Of a stretch of DNA of 64,000 nucleotides, positions 1 to 14,604 are shown in pieces. This stretch comes from an uncultured Lentisphaerales bacterium. GTDB taxonomy: Bacteria > Verrucomicrobiota > Lentisphaeria > JABSQK01 > UBA12247. The notes beneath the pieces are model-generated. The model searched no databases. It worked only from the letters and a program-made list of their open reading frames with translations, and had not been told where the DNA came from. Within the stretch, counting starts at the first letter, position 1; each line of letters starts with the position of its first letter. A program made the position numbers and the translations under genes. The stretch spans positions 96,001-160,000 of the forward strand of contig CALSSJ010000010.1 of NCBI GenBank assembly GCA_943788985.1, written 5' to 3'.

Positions 1-66
1 CTTCTCCTCGGGCAAAGACTGCGCAGGCGCCGAGACAGAGCAAGAGGAAAGCGAGACCAAGATCCC

Positions 67-801
67 TCAACGAGTAACCGCCACGCTACCAGCCGTGACA
101 CGCGCGGTCCGGATCGACTTCTTGGTACTTTGCACCTGCGGTTTGCCGCTTTGGACCGACTCGAACCGAGCCATGGCGAACTCACGCACAAATGGCAGCC
201 AGTGAGGAATTGGCAACCTCCCGAGCCAAACCTTGGTAATATCAAAGTCGACCCCATTGCTCCCCGTTCCGAGCCGCCCCTGCACCGACGTGTAGAGGTC
301 GAGCTTTTCGAAAGCGATGGACTTCAAATGGACACGCGCGACGCCATCAACGGGGAACTCCACGATCACCCCATCCGCAAGAAAGTTCGGGACCGCCCCT
401 TCGATCAACCAAATCTCCTTCTGCTTGAGCTTGGATGCTTCGTCTAATTCCAGGAGGACGTCCGAGATGATGAATGTGGCTTGAGGTTCGGTCAGTGCCA
501 CCGGCTTACGCTTGCCCATACGTTTATACTTGTTCAGAATCCCTACCTGCTCTTTCTCAGACAATGCAGGGTATTCCGTAAACGGCGGCTTAAGCACCAT
601 AAGCACGATCACGCCACCACCGACAACCAGAAGGATAAGGGAGCAGAGCCGCATCAAAAAATAAATAGCGTTCCCGCCTGCCGTGTTTTTGGCGATCAGG
701 TCTGCTGGTTCGAGATTATCAAGATCCAGCTTCTCGCTACAGGTGCGACAGAAGATCGCACCGATCTGGTTTTCAGATTTGCATTTGGGACATTGAATCA
801 T
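67..801 (-). CDS. Zinc-ribbon membrane protein, function unknown
   Basis: N-terminal CPKC...CRTC zinc ribbon followed by one hydrophobic helix (LCSLILLVVGGGVIVLMVL). Confidence 0.75.
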   Translation of the reverse strand: MIQCPKCKSENQIGAIFCRTCSEKLDLDNLEPADLIAKNTAGGNAIYFLMRLCSLILLVVGGGVIVLMVLKPPFTEYPALSEKEQVGILNKYKRMGKRKPVALTEPQATFIISDVLLELDEASKLKQKEIWLIEGAVPNFLADGVIVEFPVDGVARVHLKSIAFEKLDLYTSVQGRLGTGSNGVDFDITKVWLGRLPIPHWLPFVREFAMARFESVQSGKPQVQSTKKSIRTARVTAGSVAVTR

Positions 802-858
802 GGTAAAGCCTTGCTGAGTCGTGGGTTCCCGAACCTGGCGCTGGGGGCGGAGGTCGGG

Positions 859-1158
859 TCAGGTTGACGCGGAGTCGCTTCCAGATGTGCTTGCTTTCGG
901 TTTTTTGCTTTCCGCGGCAGGCTCGCTCTTCGCGCTCGCGCTCCCCGTCTCCTTTTTCGCGTCCGATTTATAGGAGTCCGAGCGATAGTCTGTGGCATAA
1001 AAGCCGCTGCCCTTGAAGATAATTCCAGCTCCGGTCCCGATCAGGCGTTTGAGCGCACCTCCACACTCCGGACAGTCGGCGAGCGGCTCCGCGAGCATGC
1101 TCTGCACCGTCTCGAACTGGTGATCGCATTCTTTGCATTTGTAGTCGTAAGTTGGCAT
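859..1158 (-). CDS. FmdB-family zinc-ribbon regulatory protein
   Basis: MPTYDYKCKEC...CPECGG...IIFKGSGFYATDY signature with a low-complexity tail. Confidence 0.9.
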   Translation of the reverse strand: MPTYDYKCKECDHQFETVQSMLAEPLADCPECGGALKRLIGTGAGIIFKGSGFYATDYRSDSYKSDAKKETGSASAKSEPAAESKKPKASTSGSDSAST

Positions 1159-1316
1159 CTAAATCAGTCTCTCTGTTTCGCGCGCCGCGTCCGCGACCTT
1201 ACCGGCTTCGGTCGGGCAACAAAAGTGGGTGATTATATCGAATGTTAGAGCCATTGCAAGTTCCACTTGAAGGCGCACTGTAGCAGTTCCCCCTGAGTGA
1301 CACGGCGGTGAATCGT

Positions 1317-1856
1317 ATGGAACACGATGTTTGGAAAGAATTTGAAGCCAATACACTTACGCACAGCAACGCTCATTATCTCACGGCTGTGCACGAGTTA
1401 CTAGTCGAGCATGGCTATGCCCGGGTGACCGATGTAGCGAAACGGCTCGGCGTCACGCGCGGAAGCTGCTCAGTGAGCCTCCGTCCGCTCAAAAAGCGCG
1501 GATTAATCACCGAAGATGACAATAAGTTTCTTGGCTTATCCGAAGAGGGCCGCCGGCTGGCCGAAGTCGTGGAGCACAACGCGGAGTTGGTCCATTCCTT
1601 TTTGGCGGAAGTACTTGGTGTTGATGACGAACAGGCGGAAGTCGATGCTTGTAAGATCGAGCATTTGATCAGCATCCAAACAAGCATGCGTCTTCGAGCA
1701 TTCATGGAATCGGTCACTGGCGGTGGCCCAGCCATCCAAGAGTGGTTGAACGGCGTGCGCGCCAAGAAGAGCTCCTGCACCAGCGACGTCGAAACCTGCC
1801 CGGTTTGTCAAACTGTGTGTTTCATGGAGATCGGCAAACACTCCGTCGTGGAGTAG
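1317..1856 (+). CDS. DtxR/MntR-family metal-dependent transcriptional regulator
   Basis: HYLTAVHEL...ARVTDVAKRLGVTRGSCS wHTH and DACKIEH metal-site motif; Cys-rich C-terminus; start taken at ATG 1317 (ORF track starts 1308). Confidence 0.9.
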   Translation: MEHDVWKEFEANTLTHSNAHYLTAVHELLVEHGYARVTDVAKRLGVTRGSCSVSLRPLKKRGLITEDDNKFLGLSEEGRRLAEVVEHNAELVHSFLAEVLGVDDEQAEVDACKIEHLISIQTSMRLRAFMESVTGGGPAIQEWLNGVRAKKSSCTSDVETCPVCQTVCFMEIGKHSVVE

Positions 1857-1929
1857 TCCAGCTCCCTTTTTAGGGAGAAAATTATCCCACTGATTCGTTT
1901 TCTTATGCTCACCCCTGCTCTGTATCCCC

Positions 1930-3090
1930 ATGTCCCGACCTGTCGTTACCCTCGCAAAAGGCAAAGAACGCACGCTTGGCCGTCGCCATCCCTGGATTTT
2001 TTCTGGGGCCTTAACTCGCGTAGAGGCGGAGCTACTGGACGGAGAAGTGGTGGATGTGCACACGTCGCGGGGCGAATTTGTCGCCATCGGCCATTACAAC
2101 CGTGCATCGATCGCCGTGCGCGTGCTCTCTTGGCAGCAGCGTGCGATCGACCATAGCTTCTGGCGTGAGCGGCTCGGCGAGGCCCGCGCGCTGCGCACCA
2201 CGCTGGCCCTGCCAGGCACCGAGACCAATGCTTACCGCCTCATCTGCGGGGAAGGGGACCAGCTCCCAGGGCTGATTGTGGATGTATATGGCTCTGTGGC
2301 AGTCTTTCAGGCGCACGCGCCGGGGATGTTGCGGAGTGCGCAAGCAATCGCTGAGGCGATCGTCGAGACCGTCCCTGAGGTCACCGCGGTGATCGATCGC
2401 AGCAAAGACACCGAAAGCGCTGGCTGGCTGGTGGGAAGCGGTGAAGGCGAGGGCGTGATTCTTGAGCATGGCCATTCCTTCCGGGTCAACTGGCAGCGAG
2501 GCCAGAAGACCGGCTTCTTCCTGGATCAGCGCGAGAATCGTGCCCTGCTGGCCCGCTATGCGCCTGGGCGAAAGGTCCTGAATGCCTTCTGTTTTACCGG
2601 CGGCTTCTCTGTCTATGCGGCGAAGGCCGGTGCGGCGCATGTGCTGAGTGTGGACTCCTCCGCCGATGCCCTAGCCCTGGCGCAGGCCAATTTGACGCTC
2701 AACGACATCCCCGAGGAGCGGGCCAGCTGCCACAAGGCAGATTGCATGAAATACCTCAGAGCGTTGCCAGATGAACCCGACCTGATCATTCTTGATCCAC
2801 CGGCATTTGCCAAATCCAAGCGCGCACGCCACGCAGCCGTCCAGGCCTACAAACGGCTGAACGAAGCCGCACTACGCCAGCTTCCGGATGGCGGGATCCT
2901 GTTTACGTTCTCTTGCACGCAGGTAGTTTCGCGGCAACTCTTCGAAGACACCATTGCCGCTGCCGCCTTCTCTGTCGGGCGTCACGTAAGAGTTCTTGAA
3001 CGCATGGCTCAGCCTGCAGATCACCCCGTTTCAGTGTCGCACCCGGAGGGCAGTTACCTCAAGGGCTTGGTTTTAATTGTCACAAAATAG
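1930..3090 (+). CDS. rlmI: Class I SAM-dependent rRNA methyltransferase, RlmI family
   Basis: HPWIFSGA PUA domain, EGDQLPGLIVD, GQKTGFFLDQRENR, LDPPAF, TFSC and YLKG motifs. Confidence 0.88.
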   Translation: MSRPVVTLAKGKERTLGRRHPWIFSGALTRVEAELLDGEVVDVHTSRGEFVAIGHYNRASIAVRVLSWQQRAIDHSFWRERLGEARALRTTLALPGTETNAYRLICGEGDQLPGLIVDVYGSVAVFQAHAPGMLRSAQAIAEAIVETVPEVTAVIDRSKDTESAGWLVGSGEGEGVILEHGHSFRVNWQRGQKTGFFLDQRENRALLARYAPGRKVLNAFCFTGGFSVYAAKAGAAHVLSVDSSADALALAQANLTLNDIPEERASCHKADCMKYLRALPDEPDLIILDPPAFAKSKRARHAAVQAYKRLNEAALRQLPDGGILFTFSCTQVVSRQLFEDTIAAAAFSVGRHVRVLERMAQPADHPVSVSHPEGSYLKGLVLIVTK

Positions 3091-3209
3091 CTAAGACAAC
3101 TCAGTCTTTCGATTACAGGCAGTTGCATCAATTCACGATCTCGCCAGGTTCCTAACTCGTGAACCTTGGCGCCCGGGCCGCATAAAGGCTCCACATTTCT
3201 GTCTGATTT

Positions 3210-4021
3210 TTGTTCGCGCTGAGTTCAACAGCACAAGTCAGAATCAGTTCCAGTCCAGTGCGGGTAGGTTCTGGAGCGCGTGAAGTTGGTCAAGACGGTG
3301 CATTTGTTGCCGTGGCCGATGACGGCACGGCGCCCAATTGGCATCCTGCTGGCTTGTCGAAACTGTGGCGGCCGGAGCTTTCGTTCGCAGTCGATCATTT
3401 TTTCAGCAAGCAGATGTGGATGCCGAATTTTTTGGTACATCACACTCATTAGGCCTGACTGACTTGAACTAACTGAGTGCAGTGTAACCCCTCGAAGGCA
3501 GGCCCTTTGCTCTCTCCCTGAGCAATCTCAAACAGTATCGCTTCAATCGTGACGTTGTGAGAACCAATCGATAAAGTGAAGTTCTCATCACCCAATTGGA
3601 TACGTTCAGCGTAAACAGCGAATTCGCGGCCAGATTGGAAGGCGAGTTCTCGTCACTCACCCCTGCGCTTAGCTACGACGTGAATGAGAAACTCCCGCTT
3701 GGCATTGCCTTCAGCATTTGGAACCACGATGTTACCGGTGCCTGTCAGATCGAAGAGCGCCAACTTGACGGGGGCACAACAGAACTTGTACCCAACTTCT
3801 TTGGCTTGCCAGGAATTCCACGCTACGTAACTACTATCGACAGTGGCTACTCCTTTCTTCCCGGTGGGATGTATCGAGCCACCAAGGAATGGGCCCTTGC
3901 GGTTGCGTTGCGACTGGAACACACGCTTGACCTAGATGTAGTTACTAAATCCTGGAATACCATCACGTACACGGACGGTAGCCCTGCCGATGTCCGTGCG
4001 CCCAACCGCGAGCAGCGTTAA
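3210..4021 (+). pseudogene. Fragmented FadL/OmpP1/TodX-like outer-membrane transporter
   Basis: VGSGAREVGQDGAFVAVADDGTAPNWHPAGLSKLWRPELS resembles the family N-terminal GARALGMGGAFxAVADDATAxxWNPAGL; broken by stops and frame changes; beta-barrel-like fragment at 3596-4021. Confidence 0.6.
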
Positions 4022-4057
4022 GCAGAGCAGCGGGTTCCCCACCGCTCGTACACTGGG

Positions 4058-5169
4058 GAGTAATTTGCACTTGTTGTGTATGGTATTTTCGGTTGGGAGA
4101 GGTCCACCGTCGGTATGGGTTTGTACTTGGTTTAGGCCGCTTGTTGGAGTTTTTCGATTTCGTCCTCGAAGATTATGGCCGAGGCGAAGGGCTTGATAAT
4201 CAGGACGTGACCGTTTAACCTGCAACAACCTTTCGATGCCTCTAAGGCAAGCTTGAGGACCAGCCCCGGGGTACTTGTAAGCAAAGACGGCGAAGAAGAG
4301 CTGGTGCGATGCCAGAGCGTCAGTCTTGGTCTCCGCCAGGTACATCTCGTGAATCATGCCCTTGGCCTTCGGCTGCAACTTCTTAGGAAGCTTGTCGAGA
4401 ATGTTGGCGGTCTTGTGAACCCAGCAGCGTTGGCTGCGGCTCTCACGGTAGCCGCCTTTCACGGCAATGAGTTCCTTGCGGCCATCCTTGGTCGATTCCA
4501 TTACCACCAAAGTGCACAGCTTGTTCTCGTCGATCCGCACGTTGAAGTGGATGCCGTCAACCCAGACATATACCGACTGTTCAGCGCTGAGATCACGGCT
4601 ATTACATTGCTTGTACTCGTGAGTTCAGCTTCGCGTCAGCCAGCTCACACAGGCACCCGACAGATTGCGGGCACCAGGCCCGAAGAGTTCTCGTGATGCT
4701 GGCAACATGTGCCCCGTGGACAACCCTTTGAACTAGAAATAGCAGACAGCTCCATCAAGAATCAAAGTTCGGCGCTTGTAGCTTGTGATGATCGCACTTT
4801 GATAGCAGTCGCCGCCTCCAGAGCGGTCACGCGTGCGGGGAACACGAAGGGGAACAGGGCCCGTACCTGTCTGAACAACGCGTTCTTTGTGGAAGCCATT
4901 GCGAACGATGGCTCTACGTCCATCGGCTGTGCGCTTGCCTTGCATGTCCTGTACAAACTGCGAAAGCTCCTCCTCGAGAATCTCCTTCCGCGCACCACGT
5001 AAGTGACCCCGCAGCGTCTCTTCCAGGCTGATCTGTGCGCCGGTTGACGACAGCGATTGAAAAGATAGTGTGAGGATGAGGCGTTCTCCTTCTGCTGGTT
5101 TTCGACACCCATACCGTGGGCAAGCCTCACCCTTTCAACTTCTCCACCCACAACTTCTGGAAGTTACTC
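4058..5169 (-). mobile_element. Degenerate IS256-family insertion sequence
   Basis: Transposase fragments VRNGFHKERVVQTGTGPVPLRVPRTRDR (4733-4945) and DGRKELIAVKGGYRES/QRCWVHKTANILDKLPK (4250-4540); imperfect terminal inverted repeats GAGTAATTTGCACTTGTTGTG (4058) and CACAACTTCTGGAAGTTACTC (ends 5169), 16/21 match; no clear target-site duplication. Confidence 0.85.
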
Positions 5170-5423
5170 TACTCGTAACTAGCGATGGAAGCGTCCAAGG
5201 GCACCAAGGTACATATTCAGTGGAGCGAAGGGTACCAAGGCGCGGACGCGCACCGTGCAGGTTCAGACCGGGCGTTCGACTTCCTCTCTCATTTTCTAGC
5301 TCGCCGGTTGCTGCCCTTGAACCACAAGCCGGCAAGATTTCGTCGCGCCAGGTTGGTTGACCGGTCTGGCCCACGCGGAATAGTACCGCGCGCGGGCGGC
5401 ACCAAAACGTAGGAAGATTTTCG

Positions 5424-8203
<2,780 letters not shown>

Positions 8204-8207
<4 letters not shown>

Positions 8208-10621
8208 GTCAGCGATTGGTAGAGCTGGACAGCCAAGTCAAGGCCGGTGGGGGAACGGTAGTCCGTATGGACAAGCGCACGATCTGCTCCTGCTGCCAGC
8301 AGTCCCGCCCTCCAGGCTACATGCTGACCCGGGTCGGGAAGGTGGGACGCTTCTGTGCCCACTGCGTGGGAGAACGCTGGGTGAAGTCATTGCCGCCAGA
8401 AGCTGAGAGCTGGTCTCCAGAGCACGTTTGCAGGCTGTTGACCGGGGATGCCTCTGAACGCGTGATGGGCATCAGTGCAGTTCTCGGGTATAGCGAGAGA
8501 CCAGCATTGTACGGCCGTTACAGCGCGCAGACGCTTCCGTTGGGCAAGAGTATTTCAGTGCGCGAGACCCTGCTCGCCTGTGTGGCCTACCCGGGGCAGA
8601 CTTGGCTGGACAGCATGGTTCGCTTCCTCGCCATCACAGGGATGCTGGATGTGATCCGCGAGCCGATCACCGAGGCGCTTATCATAGACACCTCAGTCCT
8701 ATCTCCCGCCCCAATGATCAAAGCTGCGGCGACGATGATTGGCAGCACCCGGCTGGAATTGGACAAGAAGATTAGATGGCTCTATGACTTCAGAGATCAT
8801 CCGGACTCCGGGGTACTCGGGACAGTCATAGCGGCACTCCAAACCTTGGGCCCTTCCGGATTTGAAGAGGTAGAAGAAGCCTTGGACTTGCAGCCACTGA
8901 TCGATCAGATCATGGCTGGACACAAGGCCGGTGACCTCAGGAATATCATCAACGCGGCCAAGCGACTTGCTGGGATCGAGATCACCGCCGGGACGACCAA
9001 GGCGGATATGGCCCTGGCCTTGGCCCGAACGCTCGGCACTGCTGCCGGAATGCGCGAGTTCTATGACAAACTCTCGCCAGAGTTCCAACAGGTGGTCAAC
9101 TTCATGGCCTGGCAAACGGTGCCGGTGCCCCCTGAGAAGATCGAAGCTAAGACCGGGGTTTCCGTGGTCGACGTCGAGCAGGGCCTGTATACCCCAACAG
9201 TTCGCCTGAAGAGTTCGTTCAGCGGATTGCTCAACTTCGAATCTGACTATTATCAACGCATTGTCCGGATTAGTCTCCAGCACTGGCTCAGACTCCGCTT
9301 GAAACCAGCTTTGCCAGTGCCGGAGAAGGCCCGGCTGCAGGGAACAACAAAGCAGCCGAACTTTCCTGGTGCGCGCATCCTCCAGGCGGACCCAGCATTT
9401 GTCAGCCGCTTTCCTTCTCTGGATGCCATGTGCCAGCAGGGCGTGATTGCGCGCAAGAAGAACGGTACCCCGACCGTAGCAGGACTGCGCGCCCTGCAGG
9501 AAGCAGGCTGGGAGCTTGATGAGTTTTACCCCAACGTCCGAAAGCTCGCCCACCGACGGCTGGAAATCCTCGTCTGCCTGGGGGATGCCGGGGCTGCCAC
9601 AGCCACTGCGCCCCGCGCGAAACCGGCCGAAGTGCTTTGCAACTGGCTGGATCTATTGACCAAGCCGCCCGCACATCCTCTCCACTCGGGGTTCCTTCCT
9701 CCGCAGTTCATGCCCCAGCTCAAGAATGTCTATCACGCAATGTGGAGCGATGCAGCGGCCGTGTGTCTCGAATCGTTGGAGGCAGTCATGGCCGCCGTGC
9801 CCAAAGGGCAGTGGGTCACACTCGAGGACCTGCACGACTTTATCCTTTACAACAGCCTTCCGCTTCCGGTCCCGCCTTGCTGCCATGACGCCTATCTGAG
9901 CGTTCAGGGAAAGTGGGGCCTCGAGCGCCAGCACCTCGGCGGGAATCAGAACACCCATTGGGAGAAGCCGCTGGTTCGCACATTCTTCATGGTTCTTGCT
10001 GCCATCGGAGTCGTCGACGCCGTCATTGTGCCGCCCGAGGAAACCTCCAAGATCGATCCACCAGAGGACTACCTGCCGACGACCGAGGCCCTCAAGGCTG
10101 TGCGCCTGACGGCGGTCGGTGAGTGGTACTTCCAAGGCGGCCCCGAGACCTGTCTCGAGGAGCAGGCCATGGGCGAAGTCGTGCTTGACGAGCGTCGGCT
10201 GTTTATCCGCCTTACCGGTAGCAATCCCGTTCTCGAGGTCGCCCTCAAGCAGGTGGCGCAGCCTATCGGCGGTGGATTTTATCGAATCGACGGGGGCAGC
10301 TTCCTCAAAGACTGTACCAGCGAGGCCCATGTCCAGCGGAAAGTGGACACGCTCAAGTCCCTGCTGCCGGACGCACTCCCTGCGGTCTGGGAAGACTTCT
10401 TCGAGAACTTACTGCTGCGGGTCAATCCGCTCACGCCCGCTCCGTTCACAGTCCTGGAAGTAGGCGAATCCCCGGAGTTCAGGCAATTGCTACGGACCGA
10501 GCCCGCCCTGCGGGCGCTCACGATCATGGCCGAAGGCGGACGGATCCTGGTGAAAGCCGGCGACCGCAACAAACTCAAGAAACGCCTTCGAGACCTAGGC
10601 TACTTCATCGACTGCTTCTAA
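8204..10621 (+). CDS. Hypothetical protein with N-terminal Zn finger and probable C-terminal helicase-associated (XPB-partner-like) domain
   Basis: 805-aa ORF with ATGA overlap on the SNF2 stop; CSCC...CAHC; C-terminal VRLTAVG...YRIDGGSF...LPAVWEDFF resembles helicase-associated domains (inference). Confidence 0.75.
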
Positions 10622-10668
10622 CCGCACGCGGGTAGGCTGCGTGGCCGATTCAGCCTGGACCGGTCATT

Positions 10669-11500
10669 TCAAAGAAGCCTATGCCCGAAAATTCGGACGC
10701 CTTTGAGGTGGAAGAAGTTCGGTTCGTCGTTGTGACTGCCGATGCGGATAAAGCGGGCGCTAGGTTTTCCCTCGAGCGGGATCAGCCAGCGGTCCTCGGG
10801 CTGGGCCGCGACAAAGGCCGGGTGCCAAGTGATCAAGTCGGACGACAGACTGATGTAGAGTTGCTGGGTGCGCTCGGCGAGGTTTGGACGGTTGACGACT
10901 TCTACTCCTGCCAGAGTATATACGGTTCCTAGGTCAATCATCAGCCAGGGTTCCGTCTCTGACGCGGAATGGAAGGAAAAGTCACCGGCCTGTGTGGTCA
11001 GCAGGGTGTCGGGATTGTCAGTCGACCACTCGCTGGTGCTGCTGCAGGTCACGGTGGCATCCGGCGAAATCCAAGTCCACTCTTGCGGGACATCCTTCGG
11101 CAGCGCTGGAAGGGGTGCCGTTTTCGCTGCCTTTGGGAGCTTACCGGTGACCGGTTTAGGTAGCGCGTTGACCGGAATCAGAGCCTGACGTTCGGCCACG
11201 ATTTCACAGTCGGGCAAGGCCTCGCGCGGCTGAGACACGCCGGTCGCTGAGATCTCGGTGTCGTTGATGAACAGGCACTGCAAGTTGGTCAGTGCCGCGA
11301 GCGCCGGCACGGCCTTGTCGGTCAGGGGCGTGCCAAAGAGGTTCAGACTCTCAATGCCCGTGGGCAGAGTTTGCACCAGCGTACCTGACGCTGTTGACCG
11401 CGATAAGTCCGCGGCGACAAGACTGGACATTGCCTCCATAACCTCTGCTGACGCATCGCTCAGCTCGGCAGCGAGAATCTTGAGTTCGGCGATCAAGCCA
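10669..11500 (-). pseudogene. Truncated LRR + discoidin (F5/8 type C) domain protein
   Basis: LNLFGTPLTDKAVPALAALTNLQCLFINDTEIS LRR; FHSASETEPWLMIDLG...VVNRP...ARFIRI discoidin; upstream part of the ORF looks non-coding or chimeric. Confidence 0.6.
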
Positions 11501-11559
11501 GCGACCGGAAGGAGGGCTACGAGAGCTTCATCCCCGACGACGTATGGGCTGAGCACGGA

Positions 11560-11796
11560 GCACTCGAACTGCAGGTCGGAATCTTGCACGATGAATCGCT
11601 GGCGGCACGACTGCCCTGCCCAACAGCCCCGGAACTCGTGGCCATCGCCGTGCCGAAGCTCCGCGAAGGGCATACAGCTGAGGCATTTCTCGATGTCCTT
11701 GATGCGCTGGAAGAGCCGCTGGCTGAAGCAATGCCAGCCAGCTCGCAGGAGAACGAACTGGAGAACAAGCTGCAGCCCTTTCATCCCCGACCGTAA
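11560..11796 (+). pseudogene. C-terminal remnant of a TPM-domain-like protein
   Basis: LELQVGILHDESLAARLP...LEEPLAEAMPASSQENELEN resembles TPM-domain C-termini; no N-terminus found. Confidence 0.35.
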
Positions 11797-12026
11797 CCAG
11801 TCGCAGACTGACTAATCCGCCGCGTTCCGAGCAGCCGCCGTGACCGGAAAGTAGGGGCCAAGCAGCCGCACGCCGTACTGAAGCTTCTCCCGAAACTGCC
11901 AATAGCTGCCGATCGCGACCTCCTTGTGATCCTCTCCAGCGGTGAACCCAGCATCCAGATGCTGTTGAAGTTCATCGGACAACGGCCCGGCCAGCAGCAG
12001 CGACTTTGAAGCTGAAGCCTTGTTCG

Positions 12027-13406
12027 TTAGTCGTGGCCTTGGGCTTGCGCGGAGGAGGCGGCACGGTATCGCTTGCTTGCCCTTTTGTAAATTATGAACG
12101 AAGCAGGGATTCGCAACAGACAGGCGCTCATGTACGCGACTCCAATTCCGGTGACGCCATGTGTGCGCCCGAGCGTCACCGTATAGAGCAGAAGCCCCCC
12201 CGTAAAAATGAGCGAGACGATCATCAAGGGCTCTTCTTTGTGTGCCCGCATGTATACAGAGAAGGGCAGACTACAGCGCAGGAGGAACGCAGCGATCAGG
12301 AACAAGATCGCCTGGCTCGGCACCAGCACCACGTCTGCCTCCTCCGTATTAAACTCCGGATAGATGACGATGCCGATAAAAAGAACTCCCAGCAGAAAGG
12401 CATGAATCGGAAAGGTCACCGCGAAAATGCGAGTGAGCCGTTGGTGAAGCGTACGATAGGCCTTTTTAGCCACGTAGACGCCAAATTCAGGAGTCCGCGC
12501 GATCACCCACGTGCCGGTGATACTGGTGACGGCAGCAATGAGATTGATCGTCATCCCCAGCCGCCCTGCTGCCGCTGCGCCTTCCGACGCAAAAATGGTC
12601 ATATTGAACACGGGAAAGACAGCGATATCGCAGCCGGTAGCCAGCGCCATCCGCCATTGCATCGGGACTACTTCGCGAATCCACTCCATCTTCGCCGCTT
12701 CCGGCTTCTGCAGCATCGAGCGAAAGAATCCGCCATAGCGCCTGAGCAAGAAGAATAGGACCAGCGCGACCTGCGTGCCCGCCAACGCCACACAGGCCCA
12801 GAGTTCGCCTCCCAACGCGATCGTGCCCCACAGGGCCGGACGCGTTAAGAAGGCTTCGACGGCCTGGAAGCGGTATACCTGTTTAACCTCGCCACAGCCC
12901 TGGAGGAGGGCTAATGTCGGTGTCAGCGCGAACTGAATTCCGACAAATAGGCTCAGCGCCAGCCATGGGGCCTGCCAGGCTATATCCGTGTCACCAGCAG
13001 TGTTGCTGAAGAACACGTAGCCACCGATGGCCAAGCAGATGGCCACCAAAACCCCCACGGTGGCGAACCAACCGAGCGTCACCCGGTACAAGCAACGCAG
13101 CCGACTCAATGCGTCAGGATCACCCTGCGGTAGCCCATCCTCGTCTCGGTGTAAGTGGGCCCATTCATGGCTTGCGAAGTGCATCGCCACCGTGCGAAAT
13201 CCCAGCTCCAAGAGGTTCTGTAGAGCCACAATGCTGGTGAAGGTAAAGTAGAATCCTTGGAGCTCAGACGAGAAAAATGCGACCAGCAAGAGGATGGTGA
13301 CGGGGCCACCCAACACCGTCCAAACCCGCGTGCCGATCCCAAACAGCACCGTCTGATCGATGTCCAGTGCGCGTAGCAAACGCCTGCCGCGTTCGCCGTT
13401 CTTCAT
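12027..13406 (-). CDS. Polysaccharide/O-antigen flippase (Wzx-like)
   Basis: About 12 TM helices, ELQGFYFTFTSIVALQNLLELGF motif; overlaps the epimerase stop. Confidence 0.8.
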   Translation of the reverse strand: MKNGERGRRLLRALDIDQTVLFGIGTRVWTVLGGPVTILLLVAFFSSELQGFYFTFTSIVALQNLLELGFRTVAMHFASHEWAHLHRDEDGLPQGDPDALSRLRCLYRVTLGWFATVGVLVAICLAIGGYVFFSNTAGDTDIAWQAPWLALSLFVGIQFALTPTLALLQGCGEVKQVYRFQAVEAFLTRPALWGTIALGGELWACVALAGTQVALVLFFLLRRYGGFFRSMLQKPEAAKMEWIREVVPMQWRMALATGCDIAVFPVFNMTIFASEGAAAAGRLGMTINLIAAVTSITGTWVIARTPEFGVYVAKKAYRTLHQRLTRIFAVTFPIHAFLLGVLFIGIVIYPEFNTEEADVVLVPSQAILFLIAAFLLRCSLPFSVYMRAHKEEPLMIVSLIFTGGLLLYTVTLGRTHGVTGIGVAYMSACLLRIPASFIIYKRASKRYRAASSAQAQGHD

Positions 13407-14425
13407 GGCTGCTGGATATCCACTCCTGCGGCGCGTCGGCGTGCTTCCACCTGCTCCCGATGCCCATTCCGCCAGTCCACCAGTTCCCGCAACCCATCCC
13501 GAAGTTTGACCATTGTCAGAAAACCAAGGTCATTCCGCGCCGCTTCGATACTGCCGATCCGGTTCTGGACAAAGGTCTGCCCCGCCGGTTCGTACGCAGG
13601 CTCTAGGTCGGACTCAGTCACCTCCAGAATCAGCTTGGTCAACTCCGAGATGGACGTCTTGGTCCCGCTGCCCACGTTATAAAACTGGTCGGTCGCATCT
13701 GCGGCCATCGCCTTGATGTTGGCCCGGGCCACATCGCTCACGCAAATGAAGTCGTAGGCTTGCGAGCCATCGCCATAGATCGCGGGCGGCAAGCCACGAT
13801 CCAGCCGATCCAGCATCTTCATGATGACCGCGATGTAGGCGCCGCGGTAGTCCTGCCGAGCCCCGTACACGTTCATGTAGCGAAGCCCCACGTAGTCAAA
13901 GTGCTGGGCCGTCCCCTGATAGCGATGAAACAGGGCGTGCAGCATCTGCTCGCCAGCGATCTTGGTCGCCCCATAGAACGTGTCATTGTTCAGCGGGTGC
14001 GACTCGGGCATGGGCTCCTGGACCGCATCCCCATACACCGACGCGCTCGAGGAGTAGACCAGACGGCTCACACCCGCCTTGAGCGCACACTCCAGCACAT
14101 TAAACGTACCCCGGATATTGACATCGAAGGCAGCCTTCGGGTACTCATAGCAATGCAACAGCCACAGGGCCGCGAGGTGAAACACCCCGTCCATCCCCGC
14201 CATCGCATCCTGCAACACATCTGTCTGCAAGATATCGCCACCATGCGGGAAAATGCTGCAACGCTCATCAAGCAACGCCTGCTCAAGGTTCTCGCGCGAC
14301 CCACGGCTGAAATTGTCGAATACAACAACCTCGGCCACATCCTGTTGCAGGAGCTGGTCCACGACGTGCGAGCCGATGAAGCCAGCACCACCTACTACGA
14401 GAAAACGCTTCCCCGTCAGTTCCAC
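13403..14425 (-). CDS. NAD-dependent epimerase/dehydratase
   Basis: GGAGFIG Rossmann motif, SSSASVYG, YGATK catalytic motif, RYMNVYG. Confidence 0.93.
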   Translation of the reverse strand: MELTGKRFLVVGGAGFIGSHVVDQLLQQDVAEVVVFDNFSRGSRENLEQALLDERCSIFPHGGDILQTDVLQDAMAGMDGVFHLAALWLLHCYEYPKAAFDVNIRGTFNVLECALKAGVSRLVYSSSASVYGDAVQEPMPESHPLNNDTFYGATKIAGEQMLHALFHRYQGTAQHFDYVGLRYMNVYGARQDYRGAYIAVIMKMLDRLDRGLPPAIYGDGSQAYDFICVSDVARANIKAMAADATDQFYNVGSGTKTSISELTKLILEVTESDLEPAYEPAGQTFVQNRIGSIEAARNDLGFLTMVKLRDGLRELVDWRNGHREQVEARRRAAGVDIQQP

Positions 14426-14604
14426 GTTGCTCCCCCTCGTTAGTCACTGGCGCCTTGGCATACAATCGTCCATAACGATGGACGAAATCTACGATAAACT
14501 GCCACGGCGGGACCGCAAGAGTTCACACCTCACAGCTCGCAGCTCAGCGGGCACCAGCGAAATACGCGACCAGTTCGATCGCGTATTTCGCAACAGGCAG
14601 GTGC